Below are positions 48,801 through 63,800 of a stretch of DNA of 64,000 bases, piece after piece (the first letter of the stretch is position 1; each line of letters starts with the position of its first letter). The DNA is from Eledone cirrhosa (Eukaryota). The stretch is from positions 405,294,001 through 405,358,000 of the forward strand of contig OZ024741.1 in NCBI GenBank assembly GCA_964016885.1, read 5' to 3'. The notes under the pieces were generated by a model. That model saw only the letters and a list, made by a program, of their open reading frames with translations, ran no database searches and was not told where the DNA came from. Both the position numbers and the translations under genes were made by a program.

Positions 48801-51800
48801 CTCACATCTCACCTATGTAACTCTCTTCTCCTAGTTTTTTCCCTCTCACATCTCACCTATGTAACTCTCTTCTTCTAGTTTCTTCCCTTCCACATGTCAC
48901 ATATGTAACTCTACGCTCCTAGTTCCTTACCTCTCACATCTCACCTATGTAACTCTCTTCTCCTAGTTCCTCCCCCTCACATCTCACCTATGTAACTCTC
49001 TTCTCCTAGTTTTTCCCCTCACACATCTCACATATGTAAATCTATTCTCATAGTTTCTTCCCTCTCACATCTCACCTCTGTAACTCTCTTCTCCTAGTTT
49101 CTTCCATCCCACATCTCACCTATGTAACTCTCTTCTCCTAGTTTCTTCCCTCTCACATCTCACATATGTAACTCTCTTCTTCTAGTTTCTTCCCTCTCAC
49201 ATCTCACATATGTAACTCTCATCGTCTAGTTTCTTCCCTCTCAAATCTCACCTATGTAACTCTCTTCTCCTAGTTTCTTCCCTCTCACATCTCACATATG
49301 TAACTCTCTTCTTTTAGTTTCTTCCCTCTCACATCTCACCTATGTTACTCTCTTCTCCTAGTTTCTTCCCTCTCACATGTCACGTATGTAACTACGTTCT
49401 TCTAGTTTCTTCCCTCTCACATCTCACATATGTAATTCTCTTCTTATATTTTCTTCCCTCTCACACCTCACACATGTAACTCTATTCTTCTAGTTTCTTC
49501 CCTTTCACATCTCACCTGTGTAACTCTCTTCTCCTAGTTTCTTCCCTCCCACATCTCACATATGTAACTCTCCTCTCCTAGTTTCTTCCCTCTCACATCT
49601 CACCTATGTAACTCTCTTCTCCTAGTTTCTTTCCTTCTCACATCTCACATAATTAACTCTCTTCTTCTAGTTTCTTCCCTCTCACATCTCACATATGTAA
49701 CTCTCTTCTCCTAGTTTCTTCCCTCTCACATCTCACATATGTAACTCTCTTCTTCTAGGTTCTTCCCTCTCACATCTCACATATGTAACTCTCTTCTCCT
49801 AGTTTATTCCCTCTCACATCTCACCTGTGTAACTCTCTCCCCCTAGTTTCTTCCCTCTCACATCTCACCTATGTAACTCTCTTCTCCTAGTTTCTTCCCT
49901 CTCACATCTCACCTATGTAACTCTCTTCTTCTAGTTTCATCCCTCTCACATCTCACATATGTTACCCTCATCGTCTAGTTTCTTCCCTCTCACATCTAAC
50001 CTATGTAACTCTCTTCTCCTAGTTTCTCCCCTCTCACATCTCACGTATGTAACTCTCTTCTTCTAGTTTCTTCCCTCTCACATCTCACATATGTAACTCT
50101 CTTCTCCTAGTTTGTTCCCTCTGACATCTCACATATGTAACTCTCTTCTCCTAGTTTATTCCCTCTCACATCTCACCTATGTAACTCTCTCCCCCTAGTT
50201 TCTTCCCTCTCACATCTCACCTATGTAACTCTCTTCTCCTAGTTTCTTCCCTCTCACATCTCACCTATGTAACTCTCTTCTTCTAGTTTCTTCCCTCTCA
50301 CATCTCACATATGTAACTCTCATCGTCTAGTTTCTTCCCTCTCACATCTCACCAATGTAACTCTCATGTCCTAGTTTCTTCCCTCTCACATCTCACATAT
50401 GTAACTCCCTTCTCCTAGTTTTTTCCCTCCCACATCTCACATATGTAACTCTCCTCTCCTAGTTTCTTCCCTCTCACATCTCACCTATGTAACTCTCTTC
50501 TCCTACTTTCTTCCCTCTCACATCTCACATATGTAACTCTCTTCTTCTAGTTTCTTCCCCCTCACATCACACATATGTAACTCTCTTCTTCTAGTTTCTT
50601 CCCTCTCACATCTCACCTATGTAACTCTCTTCTCCTAGTCTCTTCCCTCTCACATCTCACCTATGTAACTCTCTTCTCCTAGTTTCTTCCGTCTCACATC
50701 TCACATATGTAACTCTCTTCTAGTTTCTTCGCTCTCACATCTTACATATGTAACTCTCTTCTAGTTTCTTCCCTCTCACATCTCACATATGTAAATATCT
50801 TCTTCTAGTTTCTTCCCTCTCACATCTCTCCTATGTAACTCTCCTCTCCTAGTTTCTTCCCTCTCACATCTCACCTGTGTAATTCTCTTCTCCTAGTTTC
50901 TTCCCTCTCACATCTCACATATGTAACTCTCTTCTTCTAGTTTTTGCCCTCTCACATCTCACATACGTAACTCTCTTCTTTTAGTTTGTTCCCTCTCACA
51001 TCTCACATATATAATTCTCTTCTTCTAGTTTCTTCACTCTCACATCTCACCTATGTAACTCTCTTCTCCTAATTTCTTCCCTCTCACATCTCACCTGTGT
51101 AACTCTCTTCTCCTAGTATCTTCCCTCTCATATCGCGCATATGTAACTCTCTTCTTCTAGTTTCTTCCCTGTCACATCTCACATATGTAACTCTCTTCTT
51201 CTAGTTTCTTCCCTCTCACATCTTACCTATTTAACACTCTTCTCCTAGTTTCTCTCACATCTCACCTATGTAACTCTCTTCTCCTAGTTTCTTCCCTCTA
51301 ACATCTCACCTATGTAACTCTATTCTCCTAGTTTCTTCCCTCTTACATCTCAACTATGTAAATCTCTTCTTCTACTTTCTTCCCTCTCACATCTCACCTA
51401 TGTAACTCTTTTCTCCTAGTTTCTTCCCTCTCACATCTCACATAAGTAACTCTCTTCTAGTTTCTTCCCTCTCACATCTCACATATGTATCTCTCTTCTT
51501 CTAGTTTTTGCCCTCTCACATCTCACCTATGTAACTCTCTTCTCCTAGTTTCTCTCACATCTCACCTATGTAACTCTCTACTAGTTTTTCCCTCTCACAT
51601 CCCACATATGTAGCTCTCTTCTCCTAGTTTCTTCCCTCTCACATCTCACCTATGTAACTCTCTTCTTCTAGTTTCTTCCCTCTCTCATCTCACCTATGTA
51701 ACTCTCTTCTCCTAGTTTCTTCCCTCTCACATCTCACCTATGTAACACTCATCTCCTAGTTTTTCCCTCCCACATCTCACCTATGTAACTCTCTTCACTT

Positions 51801-54800
51801 AGTTTCTTCCCTCTCACATCTCACCTATGTAACTCTTCTCCTAGTTTTTTCCCTCTCACATCTCACCTATGTAACTCTCTTCTTCTAGTTTCTTCCCTCT
51901 CGCATCTCACCTATGTAACTCTCTTCTCCTAGTTTCTTCCCTCCCACATCTCACATATGTAACTCTCCTCTCCTAGTTTTTTCCCTCTCACATCTCACCT
52001 ACGTAACTCTCTTCTCCTAGTTTCGTCCCTCTCACATCTCACATATGTAACTCTCTTCTTCTAGTTTCTTCCCTCTCACATCTCACATATGTAACTCTCT
52101 TCTTCTAGTTTCTTCCCTCTCACATCTCACCTATGTAACTCTCTTCTAATTTCTTCCCTCTCACATCTCACCTATGTAACTCTCTTCTCCTAGTTTCTCC
52201 CACATATCACCTATGTAACTCTCTTCTAGTTTTTTCCCTCTCACATCCCACATATGTAACTCTCTTCTTCTAGTTTCTTCCCTCTCACATCTCACCTATG
52301 TAACTTCCTTCTCCTAGTTTCTTCCCTCTCACATCTCACATATGTAACTCTCCTCTCCTAGTTTCTTCCCTCTCACATCTCACCCATGTAACTCTCTTCT
52401 CCTACTTTCTTCCCTCTCACATCTCACATATGTAACTCTCTTCTTCTAGTTTCTTCCCTCTCACATCTCACATATGTAACTCTCTTCTTCTAGTTTCTTC
52501 CTTCTCACATCTCACCTATGTAACTCTCTTCTCCTAATATCTTCGCTCTCACATCTCACCTATATAACTCTCTTCTCCTAGTTTCTTCCCTCTTACATCT
52601 CACATATGTAAATCTCTTCTTCTAGTTTCTTCCCTCTCAAATCTCACCTATGTAACTCTCTTCTCCTAGTTTCTTCCCTCTCACATCTAACATATGTAAC
52701 TCTCTTCTTCTAGTTTCTGCCCTCCCACATCTCACATACGTAACTCTCTTCTTCTAGTTTGTTCCCTCTTATATCGCGCCTATGTAACTCTCTTCTCCTA
52801 GTTTCTTCCCTCTTTTATCACGCCTATGTAACTCTCTTCTCCTACTTTCTTCCCTCTGACATCTCACCTATGTAACTCTCTTCTCCTAGTTTCTTCCCTC
52901 TCACATCTCACCTATGTAACTCTCTTCTTCTAGTTTCTTCCCTCTCTCATCTCACCTATGTCACTCTCTTCTCCTAGTTTCTTCCCTCTCACATCTCACC
53001 TATGTAATACTCATCTCCTAGTTTTTTCCCTCCCACATCTCACCTATGTAACTCTCTTCACTTACTTTCTTCCCTCACACATCTCACCTATGTAACTCTC
53101 TTCTCCTAGTTTTTTCCCTCTCACATCTCACCTATGTAACTCTCTTCTTCTAGTTTCATCCCTCTCGCATCTCACCTATGTAACTCTCTTCTCCTAGTTT
53201 CTTCCCTTCCACATGTCACATATGTAACTCTACGCTCCTAGTTCCTTACCTCTCACATCTCACCTATGTAACTCTCTTCTCCTAGTTCCTCCCCCTCACA
53301 TCTCACCTATGTAACTCTCTTCTCCTAGTTTTTCCCCTCACACATCTCACATATGTAAATCTATTCTCATAGTTTCTTCCCTCTCACATCTCACCTATGT
53401 AACTCTCTTCTCCTAGTTTCTTCCATCCCACATCTCACCTATGTAACTCTCTTCTCCTAGTTTCTTCCCTCTCACATCTCACATATGTAACTCTCTTCTT
53501 CTAGTTTCTTCCCTCTCACATCTCACATATGTAACTCTCATCGTCTAGTTTCTTCCCTCTCAAATCTCACCTATGTAACTCTCTTCTCCTAGTTTCTTCC
53601 CTCTCACATCTCACATATGTAACTCTCTTCTTTTAGTTTCTTCCCTCTCACATCTCACCTATGTTACTCTCTTCTCCTAGTTTCTTCCCTCTCACATGTC
53701 ACGTATGTAACTACGTTCTTCTAGTTTCTTCCCTCTCACATCTCACATATGTAATTCTCTTCTTATAGTTTCTTCCCTCTCACACCTCACACATGTAACT
53801 CTCTTCTTCTAGTTTCTTCCCTTTCACATCTCACCTGTGTAACTCTCTTCTCCTAGTTTCTTCCCTCCCACATCTCACATATGTAACTCTCCTCTCCTAG
53901 TTTCTTCCCTCTCACATCTCACCTATGTAACTCTCTTCTCCTAGTTTCTTTCCTTCTCACATCTCACATAATTAACTCTCTTCTTCTAGTTTCTTCCCTC
54001 TCACATCTCACATATGTAACTCTCTTCTCCTAGTTTCTTCCCTCTCACATCTCACATATGTAACTCTCTTCTTCTAGGTTCTTCCCTCTCACATCTCACA
54101 TATGTAACTCTCTTCTCCTAGTTTATTCCCTCTCACATCTCACCTGTGTAACTCTCTCCCCCTAGTTTCTTCCCTCTCACATCTCACCTATGTAACTCTC
54201 TTTTCCTTGTTTCTTCCCTCTCACATCTCAACTATGTAACTCTCTTCTTCTAGTTTCATCCCTCTCACATCTCACATATGTTACCCTCATCGTCTAGTTT
54301 CTTCCCTCTCACATCTAACCTATGTAACTCTCTTCTCCTAGTTTCTCCCCTCTCACATCTCACATATGTAACTCTCTTCTTCTAGTTTCTTCCCTCTCAC
54401 ATCTCACGTATGTAACTCTCTTCTTCTAGTTTCTTCCCTCTCACATCTCACATATGTAACTCTCTTCTCCTAGTTTGTTCCCTCTGACATCTCACATATG
54501 TAACTCTCTTCTCCTAGTTTATTCCCTCTCACATCTCACCTATGTAACTCTCTTCTCCTAGTTTCTTCCCTCTCACATCTCACCTATGTAACTCTCTTCT
54601 TCTAGTTTCTTCCCTCTCACATCTCACATATGTAACTCTCATCGTCTAGTTTCTTCCCTCTCACATCTCACCTATGTAACTCTCATGTCCTAGTTTCTTC
54701 CCTCTCACATCTCACATATCTAACTCTCTTCTTGTAGTTTCTTCCCTCTCACATCTCACGTATGTAACTCTCTTCTTCTAGTTTCTTCCCTCTCACATCT

Positions 54801-57800
54801 CACATATGTAACTCTCTTCTCCTAGTTTGTTCCCTCTCATATCTCACATATGTAACGCTCTCCTCCTAGTTTCTTCCCTCTTACATCTCACCTATGTAAC
54901 TCTCTTCTCCTAGTTTTTTCCCTCTCACATCTCACCTATGTAACTCTCTTCTTCTGGTTTCTCCCCTCTCGCATCTCACCTATGTAACTCTCTTCTCCTC
55001 GTTTCTTTCCTCCCACATGTCACATATGTAACTCTACTCTCCTAGTTTCTTCCCTCTCACATCTCACCTATGTACCTCTCTTCTCCTAGTTTCTTCCCCC
55101 TCACATCTCACATATGTAACTCTCTTCTCCTACTTTTCCCCCTCTCACATCTCACATATATAAATCTCTTCTCCTAGTTTCTTCCCTCTCACATCTCACC
55201 TATGTAACTCTCTTCTAGTTTCTTCCATCCCACATCTCACCTATGTAACTCTTTTCTCCTAGTTTCTTCCCTCTCACATCTCACATATGTAACTCTCTTC
55301 TTCTAGTTTCTTTCCTCTCACATCTCACATATGTAACTCTCATCGTCTAGTTTCTTCCCTCTCAAATCTCACCTATGTAACTCTCTTCTTCTAGTTTCTT
55401 CCCTCTCACATCTCACATATGTAACTCTCATCGTCTAGTTTCTTCCCTCTCACATCTCACCTATGTAACTCTCATGTCCTAGTTTCTTCCCTCTCACATC
55501 TCACATATGTAACTCTCTTCTTGTAGTTTCTTCCCTCTCACATCTCACGTATGTAACTCTCTTCTTCTAGTTTCTTCCCTCTCACATCTCACATATGTAA
55601 CTCTCTTCTCCTAGTTTGTTCCCTCTCATATCTCACATATGTAACGCTCTCCTCCTAGTTTCTTCCCTCTCACATCTCACCTATGTAACTCTCTTCTCCT
55701 AGTTTTTTCCCTCTCACATCTCACCTATGTAACTCTCTTCTTCTGGTTTCTTCCCTCTCGCATCTCACCTATGTAACTCTCTTCTCCTCGTTTCTTTCCT
55801 CCCACATGTCACATATGTAACTCTACTCTCCTAGTTTCTTCCCTCTCACATCTCACCTATGTAACTCTCTTCTCCTAGTTTCTTCCCCCTCACATCTCAC
55901 ATATGTAACTCTCTTCTCCTACTTTTCCCCCTCTCACATCTCACATATATAAATCTCTTCTCCTAGTTTCTTCCCTCTCACATCTCACCTATGTAACTCT
56001 CTTCTAGTTTCTTCCATCCCACATCTCACCTATGTAACTCTTTTCTCCTAGTTTCTTCCCTCTCACATCTCACATATGTAACTCTCTTCTTCTAGTTTCT
56101 TTCCTCTCACATCTCACATATGTAACTCTCATCGTCTAGTTTCTTCCCTCTCAAATCTCACCTATGTAACTCTCTTCTCCTAGTTTCTTCCCTCTCACAT
56201 CTCACATATGTCACTCTCTTCTCCTAGTTTCTTCCCTCTCACATGTCACGTATGTAACTACCTTCTTCTAGTTTCTTCCCTCTCACATCTCACATATGTA
56301 ATTCTCTTCTCCTAGTTTCTTCCCTCTCACACCTCACACATGTAACTCTCTTCTTCTAGTTTCTTCCCTCTCACATCTCACCTGTGTAACTCTCTTCTCC
56401 TAGTTTCTTCTCTCCCACATCTCACATATGTAACTCTCCTCTCCTAGTTTCTCTCACATCTCACCTATGTAACTCTCTACTAGTTTTTTCCCTCTCACAT
56501 CCCACATATGTAACTCTCTTCTTCTAGTTTCTTCCCTCTCACATCTCACCTATGTAACTCTCTTCTAGTTTCTTCCATCCCACATCTCACCTATGTAACT
56601 CTTTTCTCCTAGTTTCTTCCCTCTCACATCTCACATATGTAACTCTCTTCTTCTAGTTTCATCCCTCTCACATCTCACATATGTTACCCTCATCGTCTAG
56701 TTTCTTCCCTCTCACATCTAACCTATGTAACTCTCTTCTCCTAGTTTCTCCCCTCTCACATCTCACAAATGTAACTCTCTTCTTCTAGTTTCTTCCCTCT
56801 CACATCTCACGTATGTAACTCTCTTCTTCTAGTTTCTTCCCTCTCACATCTCACATATGTAACTCTCTTCTCCTAGTTTGTTCCCTCTGACATCTCACAT
56901 ATGTAACTCTCTTCTCCTAGTTTATTCCCTCTCACATCTCACCTATGTAACTCTCTTCTCCTAGTTTCTTCCCTCTCACATCTCACATATGTAACTCTCT
57001 TCTTCTAGTTTCTTCCCTCTCACATCTCACCTATGTAACTCTCTTCTAATTTCTTCCCTCTCACATCTCACCTATGTAACTCTCTTCTCCTAGTTTCTCC
57101 CACATCTCACCTATGTAACTCTCTTCTAGTTTTTTCCCTCTCACATCCCACATATGTAACTCTCTTCTTCTAGTTTCTTCCCTCTCACATCTCACCTATG
57201 TAACTCCCTTCTCCTAGTTTCTTCCCTCTCACATCTCACATATGTAACTCTCCTCTCCTAGTTTCTTCCCTCTCACATCTCACCCATGTAACTCTCTTCT
57301 CCTACTTTCTTCCCTCTCACATCTCACATATGTAACTCTCTTCTTCTAGTTTCTTCCCTCTCACATCTCACATATGTAACTCTCTTCTTCTAGTTTCTTC
57401 CTTCTCACATCTCACCTATGTAACTCTCTTCTCCTAATATCTTCGCTCTCACATCTCACCTATATAACTCTCTTCTCCTAGTTTCTTCCCTCTTACATCT
57501 CACATATGTAAATCTCTTCTTCTAGTTTCTTCCCTCTCAAATCTCACCTATGTAACTCTCTTCTCCTAGTTTCTTCCCTCTCACATCTAACATATGTAAC
57601 TCTCTTCTTCTAGTTTCTGCCCTCCCACATCTCACATACGTAACTCTCTTCTTCTAGTTTGATCCCTCTCATATCGCGCCTATGTAACTCTCTTCTCCTA
57701 GTTTCTTCCCTCTTTTATCACGCCTATGTAACTCTCTTCTCCTACTTTCTTCCCTCTGACATCTCACCTATGTAACTCTCTTCTCCTAGTTTCTTCCCTC

Positions 57801-60800
57801 TCACATATCACCTATGTAACTCTCTTCTTCTAGTTTCTTCCCTCTCTCATCTCACCTATGTCACTCTCTTCTCCTAGTTTCTTCCCTCTCACATCTCACC
57901 TATGTAATACTCATCTCCTAGTTTTTTCCCTCCCACATCTCACCTATGTAACTCTCTTCACTTACTTTCTTCCCTCTCACATCTCACCTATGTAACTCTC
58001 TTCTCCTAGTTTTTTCCCTCTCACATCTCACCTATGTAACTCTCTTCTTCTAGTTTCTTCCCTCTCGCATCTCACCTATGTAACTCTCTTCTCCTAGTTT
58101 CTTCCCTTCCACATGTCACATATGTAACTCTACGCTCCTAGTTCCTTACCTCTCACATCTCACCTATGTAACTCTCTTCTCCTAGTTCTTCCCCCTCACA
58201 TCTCACCTATGTAACTCTCTTCTCCTAGTTTTTCCCCTCACACATCTCACATATGTAAATCTATTCTCATAGTTTCTTCTCTCTCACATCTCACATATGT
58301 AACTCTCTTCTCCTAGTTTCTTCCATCCCACATCTCACCTATGTAACTCTCTTCTCCTAGTTTCTTCCCTCTCACATCTCACATATGTAACTCTCTTCTT
58401 CTAGTTTCTTCCCTCTCACATCTCACATATGTAACTCTCATCGTCTAGTTTCTTCCCTCTCAAATCTCACCTATGTAACTCTCTTCTCCTAGTTTCTTCC
58501 CTCTCACATCTCACATATGTAACTCTTTTCTTTTAGTTTCTTCCCTCTCACATCTCACATATGTCACTCTCTTCTCCTAGTTTCTTCCCTCTCACATGTC
58601 ACGTATGTAACTACCTTCTTCTAGTTTCTTCCCTCTCACATCTCACATATGTAATTCTCTTCTCCTAGTTTCTTCCCTCTCACACCTCACACATGTAACT
58701 CTCTTCTCCTAGTTTTTTCCCTCTCACATCTCACCTATGTAACTCTCTTCTTCTGGTTTCTTCCCTCTCGCATCTCACCTATGTAACTCTCTTCTCCTCG
58801 TTTCTTTCCTCCCACATGTCACATATGTAACTCTACTCTCCTAGTTTCTTCCCTCTCACATCTCACCTATGTAACTCTCTTCTCCTAGTTTCTTCCCCCT
58901 CACATCTCACATATGTAACTCTCTTCTCCTACTTTTCCCCCTCTCACATCTCACATATATAAATCTCTTCTCCTAGTTTCTTCCCTCTCACATCTCACCT
59001 ATGTAACTCTCTTCTAGTTTCTTCCATCCCACATCTCACCTATGTAACTCTTTTCTCCTAGTTTCTTCCCTCTCACATCTCACATATGTAACTCTCTTCT
59101 TCTAGTTTCTTTCCTCTCACATCTCACATATGTAACTCTCATCGTCTAGTTTCTTCCCTCTCAAATCTCACCTATGTAACTCTCTTCTCCTAGTTTCTTC
59201 CCTCTCACATCTCACATATGTCACTCTCTTCTCCTAGTTTCTTCCCTCTCACATGTCACGTATGTAACTACCTTCTTCTAGTTTCTTCCCTCTCACATCT
59301 CACATATGTAATTCTCTTCTCCTAGTTTCTTCCCTCTCACACCTCACACATGTAACTCTCTTCTTCTAGTTTCTTCCCTCTCACATCTCACCTGTGTAAC
59401 TCTCTTCTCCTAGTTTCTTCTCTCCCACATCTCACATATGTAACTCTCCTCTCCTAGTTTCTCTCACATCTCACCTATGTAACTCTCTACTAGTTTTTTC
59501 CCTCTCACATCCCACATATGTAACTCTCTTCTTCTAGTTTCTTCCCTCTCACATCTCACCTATGTAACTCTCTTCTAGTTTCTTCCATCCCACATCTCAC
59601 CTATGTAACTCTTTTCTCCTAGTTTCTTCCCTCTCACATCTCACATATGTAACTCTCTTCTTCTAGTTTCATCCCTCTCACATCTCACATATGTTACCCT
59701 CATCGTCTAGTTTCTTCCCTCTCACATCTAACCTATGTAACTCTCTTCTCCTAGTTTCTCCCCTCTCACATCTCACAAATGTAACTCTCTTCTTCTAGTT
59801 TCTTCCCTCTCACATCTCACGTATGTAACTCTCTTCTTCTAGTTTCTTCCCTCTCACATCTCACATATGTAACTCTCTTCTCCTAGTTTGTTCCCTCTGA
59901 CATCTCACATATGTAACTCTCTTCTCCTAGTTTATTCCCTCTCACATCTCACCTATGTAACTCTCTTCTCCTAGTTTCTTCCCTCTCACATCTCACATAT
60001 GTAACTCTCTTCTTCTAGTTTCTTCCCTCTCACATCTCACCTATGTAACTCTCTTCTAATTTCTTCCCTCTCACATCTCACCTATGTAACTCTCTTCTCC
60101 TAGTTTCTCCCACATCTCACCTATGTAACTCTCTTCTAGTTTTTTCCCTCTCACATCCCACATATGTAACTCTCTTCTTCTAGTTTCTTCCCTCTCACAT
60201 CTCACCTATGTAACTCCCTTCTCCTAGTTTCTTCCCTCTCACATCTCACATATGTAACTCTCCTCTCCTAGTTTCTTCCCTCTCACATCTCACCCATGTA
60301 ACTCTCTTCTCCTACTTTCTTCCCTCTCACATCTCACATATGTAACTCTCTTCTTCTAGTTTCTTCCCTCTCACATCTCACATATGTAACTCTCTTCTTC
60401 TAGTTTCTTCCTTCTCACATCTCACCTATGTAACTCTCTTCTCCTAATATCTTCGCTCTCACATCTCACCTATATAACTCTCTTCTCCTAGTTTCTTCCC
60501 TCTTACATCTCACATATGTAAATCTCTTCTTCTAGTTTCTTCCCTCTCAAATCTCACCTATGTAACTCTCTTCTCCTAGTTTCTTCCCTCTCACATCTAA
60601 CATATGTAACTCTCTTCTTCTAGTTTCTGCCCTCCCACATCTCACATACGTAACTCTCTTCTTCTAGTTTGATCCCTCTCATATCGCGCCTATGTAACTC
60701 TCTTCTCCTAGTTTCTTCCCTCTTTTATCACGCCTATGTAACTCTCTTCTCCTACTTTCTTCCCTCTGACATCTCACCTATGTAACTCTCTTCTCCTAGT

Positions 60801-63800
60801 TTCTTCCCTCTCACATCTCACCTATGTAACTCTCTTCTTCTAGTTTCTTCCCTCTCTCATCTCACCTATGTCACTCTCTTCTCCTAGTTTCTTCCCTCTC
60901 ACATCTCACCTATGTAATACTCATCTCCTAGTTTTTTCCCTCCCACATCTCACCTATGTAACTCTCTTCACTTACTTTCTTCCCTCTCACATCTCACCTA
61001 TGTAACTCTCTTCTCCTAGTTTTTTCCCTCTCACATCTCACCTATGTAACTCTCTTCTTCTAGTTTCTTCCCTCTCGCATCTCACCTATGTAACTCTCTT
61101 CTCCTAGTTTCTTCCCTTCCACATGTCACATATGTAACTCTACGCTCCTAGTTCCTTACCTCTCACATCTCACCTATGTAACTCTCTTCTCCTAGTTCTT
61201 CCCCCTCACATCTCACCTATGTAACTCTCTTCTCCTAGTTTTTCCCCTCACACATCTCACATATGTAAATCTATTCTCATAGTTTCTTCTCTCTCACATC
61301 TCACATATGTAACTCTCTTCTCCTAGTTTCTTCCATCCCACATCTCACCTATGTAACTCTCTTCTCCTAGTTTCTTCCCTCTCACATCTCACATATGTAA
61401 CTCTCTTCTTCTAGTTTCTTCCCTCTCACATCTCACATATGTAACTCTCATCGTCTAGTTTCTTCCCTCTCAAATCTCACCTATGTAACTCTCTTCTCCT
61501 AGTTTCTTCCCTCTCACATCTCACATATGTAACTCTTTTCTTTTAGTTTCTTCCCTCTCACATCTCACATATGTCACTCTCTTCTCCTAGTTTCTTCCCT
61601 CTCACATGTCACGTATGTAACTACCTTCTTCTAGTTTCTTCCCTCTCACATCTCACATATGTAATTCTCTTCTCCTAGTTTCTTCCCTCTCACACCTCAC
61701 ACATGTAACTCTCTTCTTCTAGTTTCTTCCCTCTCACATCTCACCTGTGTAACTCTCTTCTCCTAGTTTCTTCTCTCCCACATCTCACATATGTAACTCT
61801 CCTCTCCTAGTTTCTCTCACATCTCACCTATGTAACTCTCTACTAGTTTTTTCCCTCTCACATCCCACATATGTAACTCTCTTCTTCTAGTTTCTTCCCT
61901 CTCACATCTCACCTATGTAACTCTCTTCTAGTTTCTTCCATCCCACATCTCACCTATGTAACTCTTTTCTCCTAGTTTCTTCCCTCTCACATCTCACATA
62001 TGTAACTCTCTTCTTCTAGTTTCATCCCTCTCACATCTCACATATGTTACCCTCATCGTCTAGTTTCTTCCCTCTCACATCTAACCTATGTAACTCTCTT
62101 CTCCTAGTTTCTCCCCTCTCACATCTCACATATGTAACTCTCTTCTTCTAGTTTCTTCCCTCTCACATCTCACGTATGTAACTCTCTTCTTCTAGTTTCT
62201 TCCCTCTCACATCTCACATATGTAACTCTCTTCTCCTAGTTTGTTCCCTCTGACATCTCACATATGTAACTCTCTTCTCCTAGTTTATTCCCTCTCACAT
62301 CTCACCTATGTAACTCTCTTCTCCTAGTTTCTTCCCTCTCACATCTCACATATGTAACTCTCTTCTTCTAGTTTCTTCCCTCTCACATCTCACCTATGTA
62401 ACTCTCTTCTAATTTCTTCCCTCTCACATCTCACCTATGTAACTCTCTTCTCCTAGTTTCTCCCACATCTCACCTATGTAACTCTCTTCTAGTTTTTTCC
62501 CTCTCACATCCCACATATGTAACTCTCTTCTTCTAGTTTCTTCCCTCTCACATCTCACCTATGTAACTCCCTTCTCCTAGTTTCTTCCCTCTCACATCTC
62601 ACATATGTAACTCTCCTCTCCTAGTTTCTTCCCTCTCACATCTCACCCATGTAACTCTCTTCTCCTACTTTCTTCCCTCTCACATCTAACATATGTAACT
62701 CTCTTCTTCTAGTTTCTTCCCTCTCACATCTCACATATGTAACTCTCTTCTTCTAGTTTCTTCCTTCTCACATCTCACCTATGTAACTCTCTTCTCCTAA
62801 TATCTTCGCTCTCACATCTCACCTATATAACTCTCTTCTCCTAGTTTCTTCCCTCTTACATCTCACATATGTAAATCTCTTCTTCTAGTTTCTTCCCTCT
62901 CAAATCTCACCTATGTAACTCTCTTCTCCTAGTTTCTTCCCTCTCACATCTAACATATGTAACTCTCTTCTTCTAGTTTCTGCCCTCCCACATCTCACAT
63001 ACGTAACTCTCTTCTTCTAGTTTGTTCCCTCTCATATCGCGCCTATGTAACTCTCTTCTCCTAGTTTCTTCCCTCTTTTATCACGCCTATGTAACTCTCT
63101 TCTCCTACTTTCTTCCCTCTGACATCTCACCTATGTAACTCTCTTCTCCTAGTTTCTTCCCTCTCACATCTCACCTATGTAACTCTCTTCTTCTAGTTTC
63201 TTCCCTCTCTCATCTCACCTATGTCACTCTCTTCTCCTAGTTTCTTCCCTCTCACATCTCACCTATGTAATACTCATCTCCTAGTTTTTTCCCTCCCACA
63301 TCTCACCTATGTAACTCTCTTCTTCTAGTTTCTTCCCTCTCGCATCTCACCTATGTAACTCTCTTCTCCTAGTTTCTTCCCTTCCACATGTCACATATGT
63401 AACTCTACGCTCCTAGTTCCTTACCTCTCACATCTCACCTATGTAACTCTCTTCTCCTAGTTCCTCCCCCTCACATCTCACCTATGTAACTCTCTTCTCC
63501 TAGTTTTTCCCCTCACACATCTCACATATGTAAATCTATTCTCATAGTTTCTTCCCTCTCACATCTCACCTATGTAACTCTCTTCTCCTAGTTTCTTCCA
63601 TCCCACATCTCACCTATGTAACTCTCTTCTCCTAGTTTCTTCCCTCTCACATCTCACATATGTAACTCTATTCTTCTAGTTTCTTCCCTCTCACATCTCA
63701 CATATGTAACTCTCATCGTCTAGTTTCTTCCCTCTCAAATCTCACCTATGTAACTCTCTTCTCCTAGTTTCTTCCCTCTCACATCTCACATATGTAACTC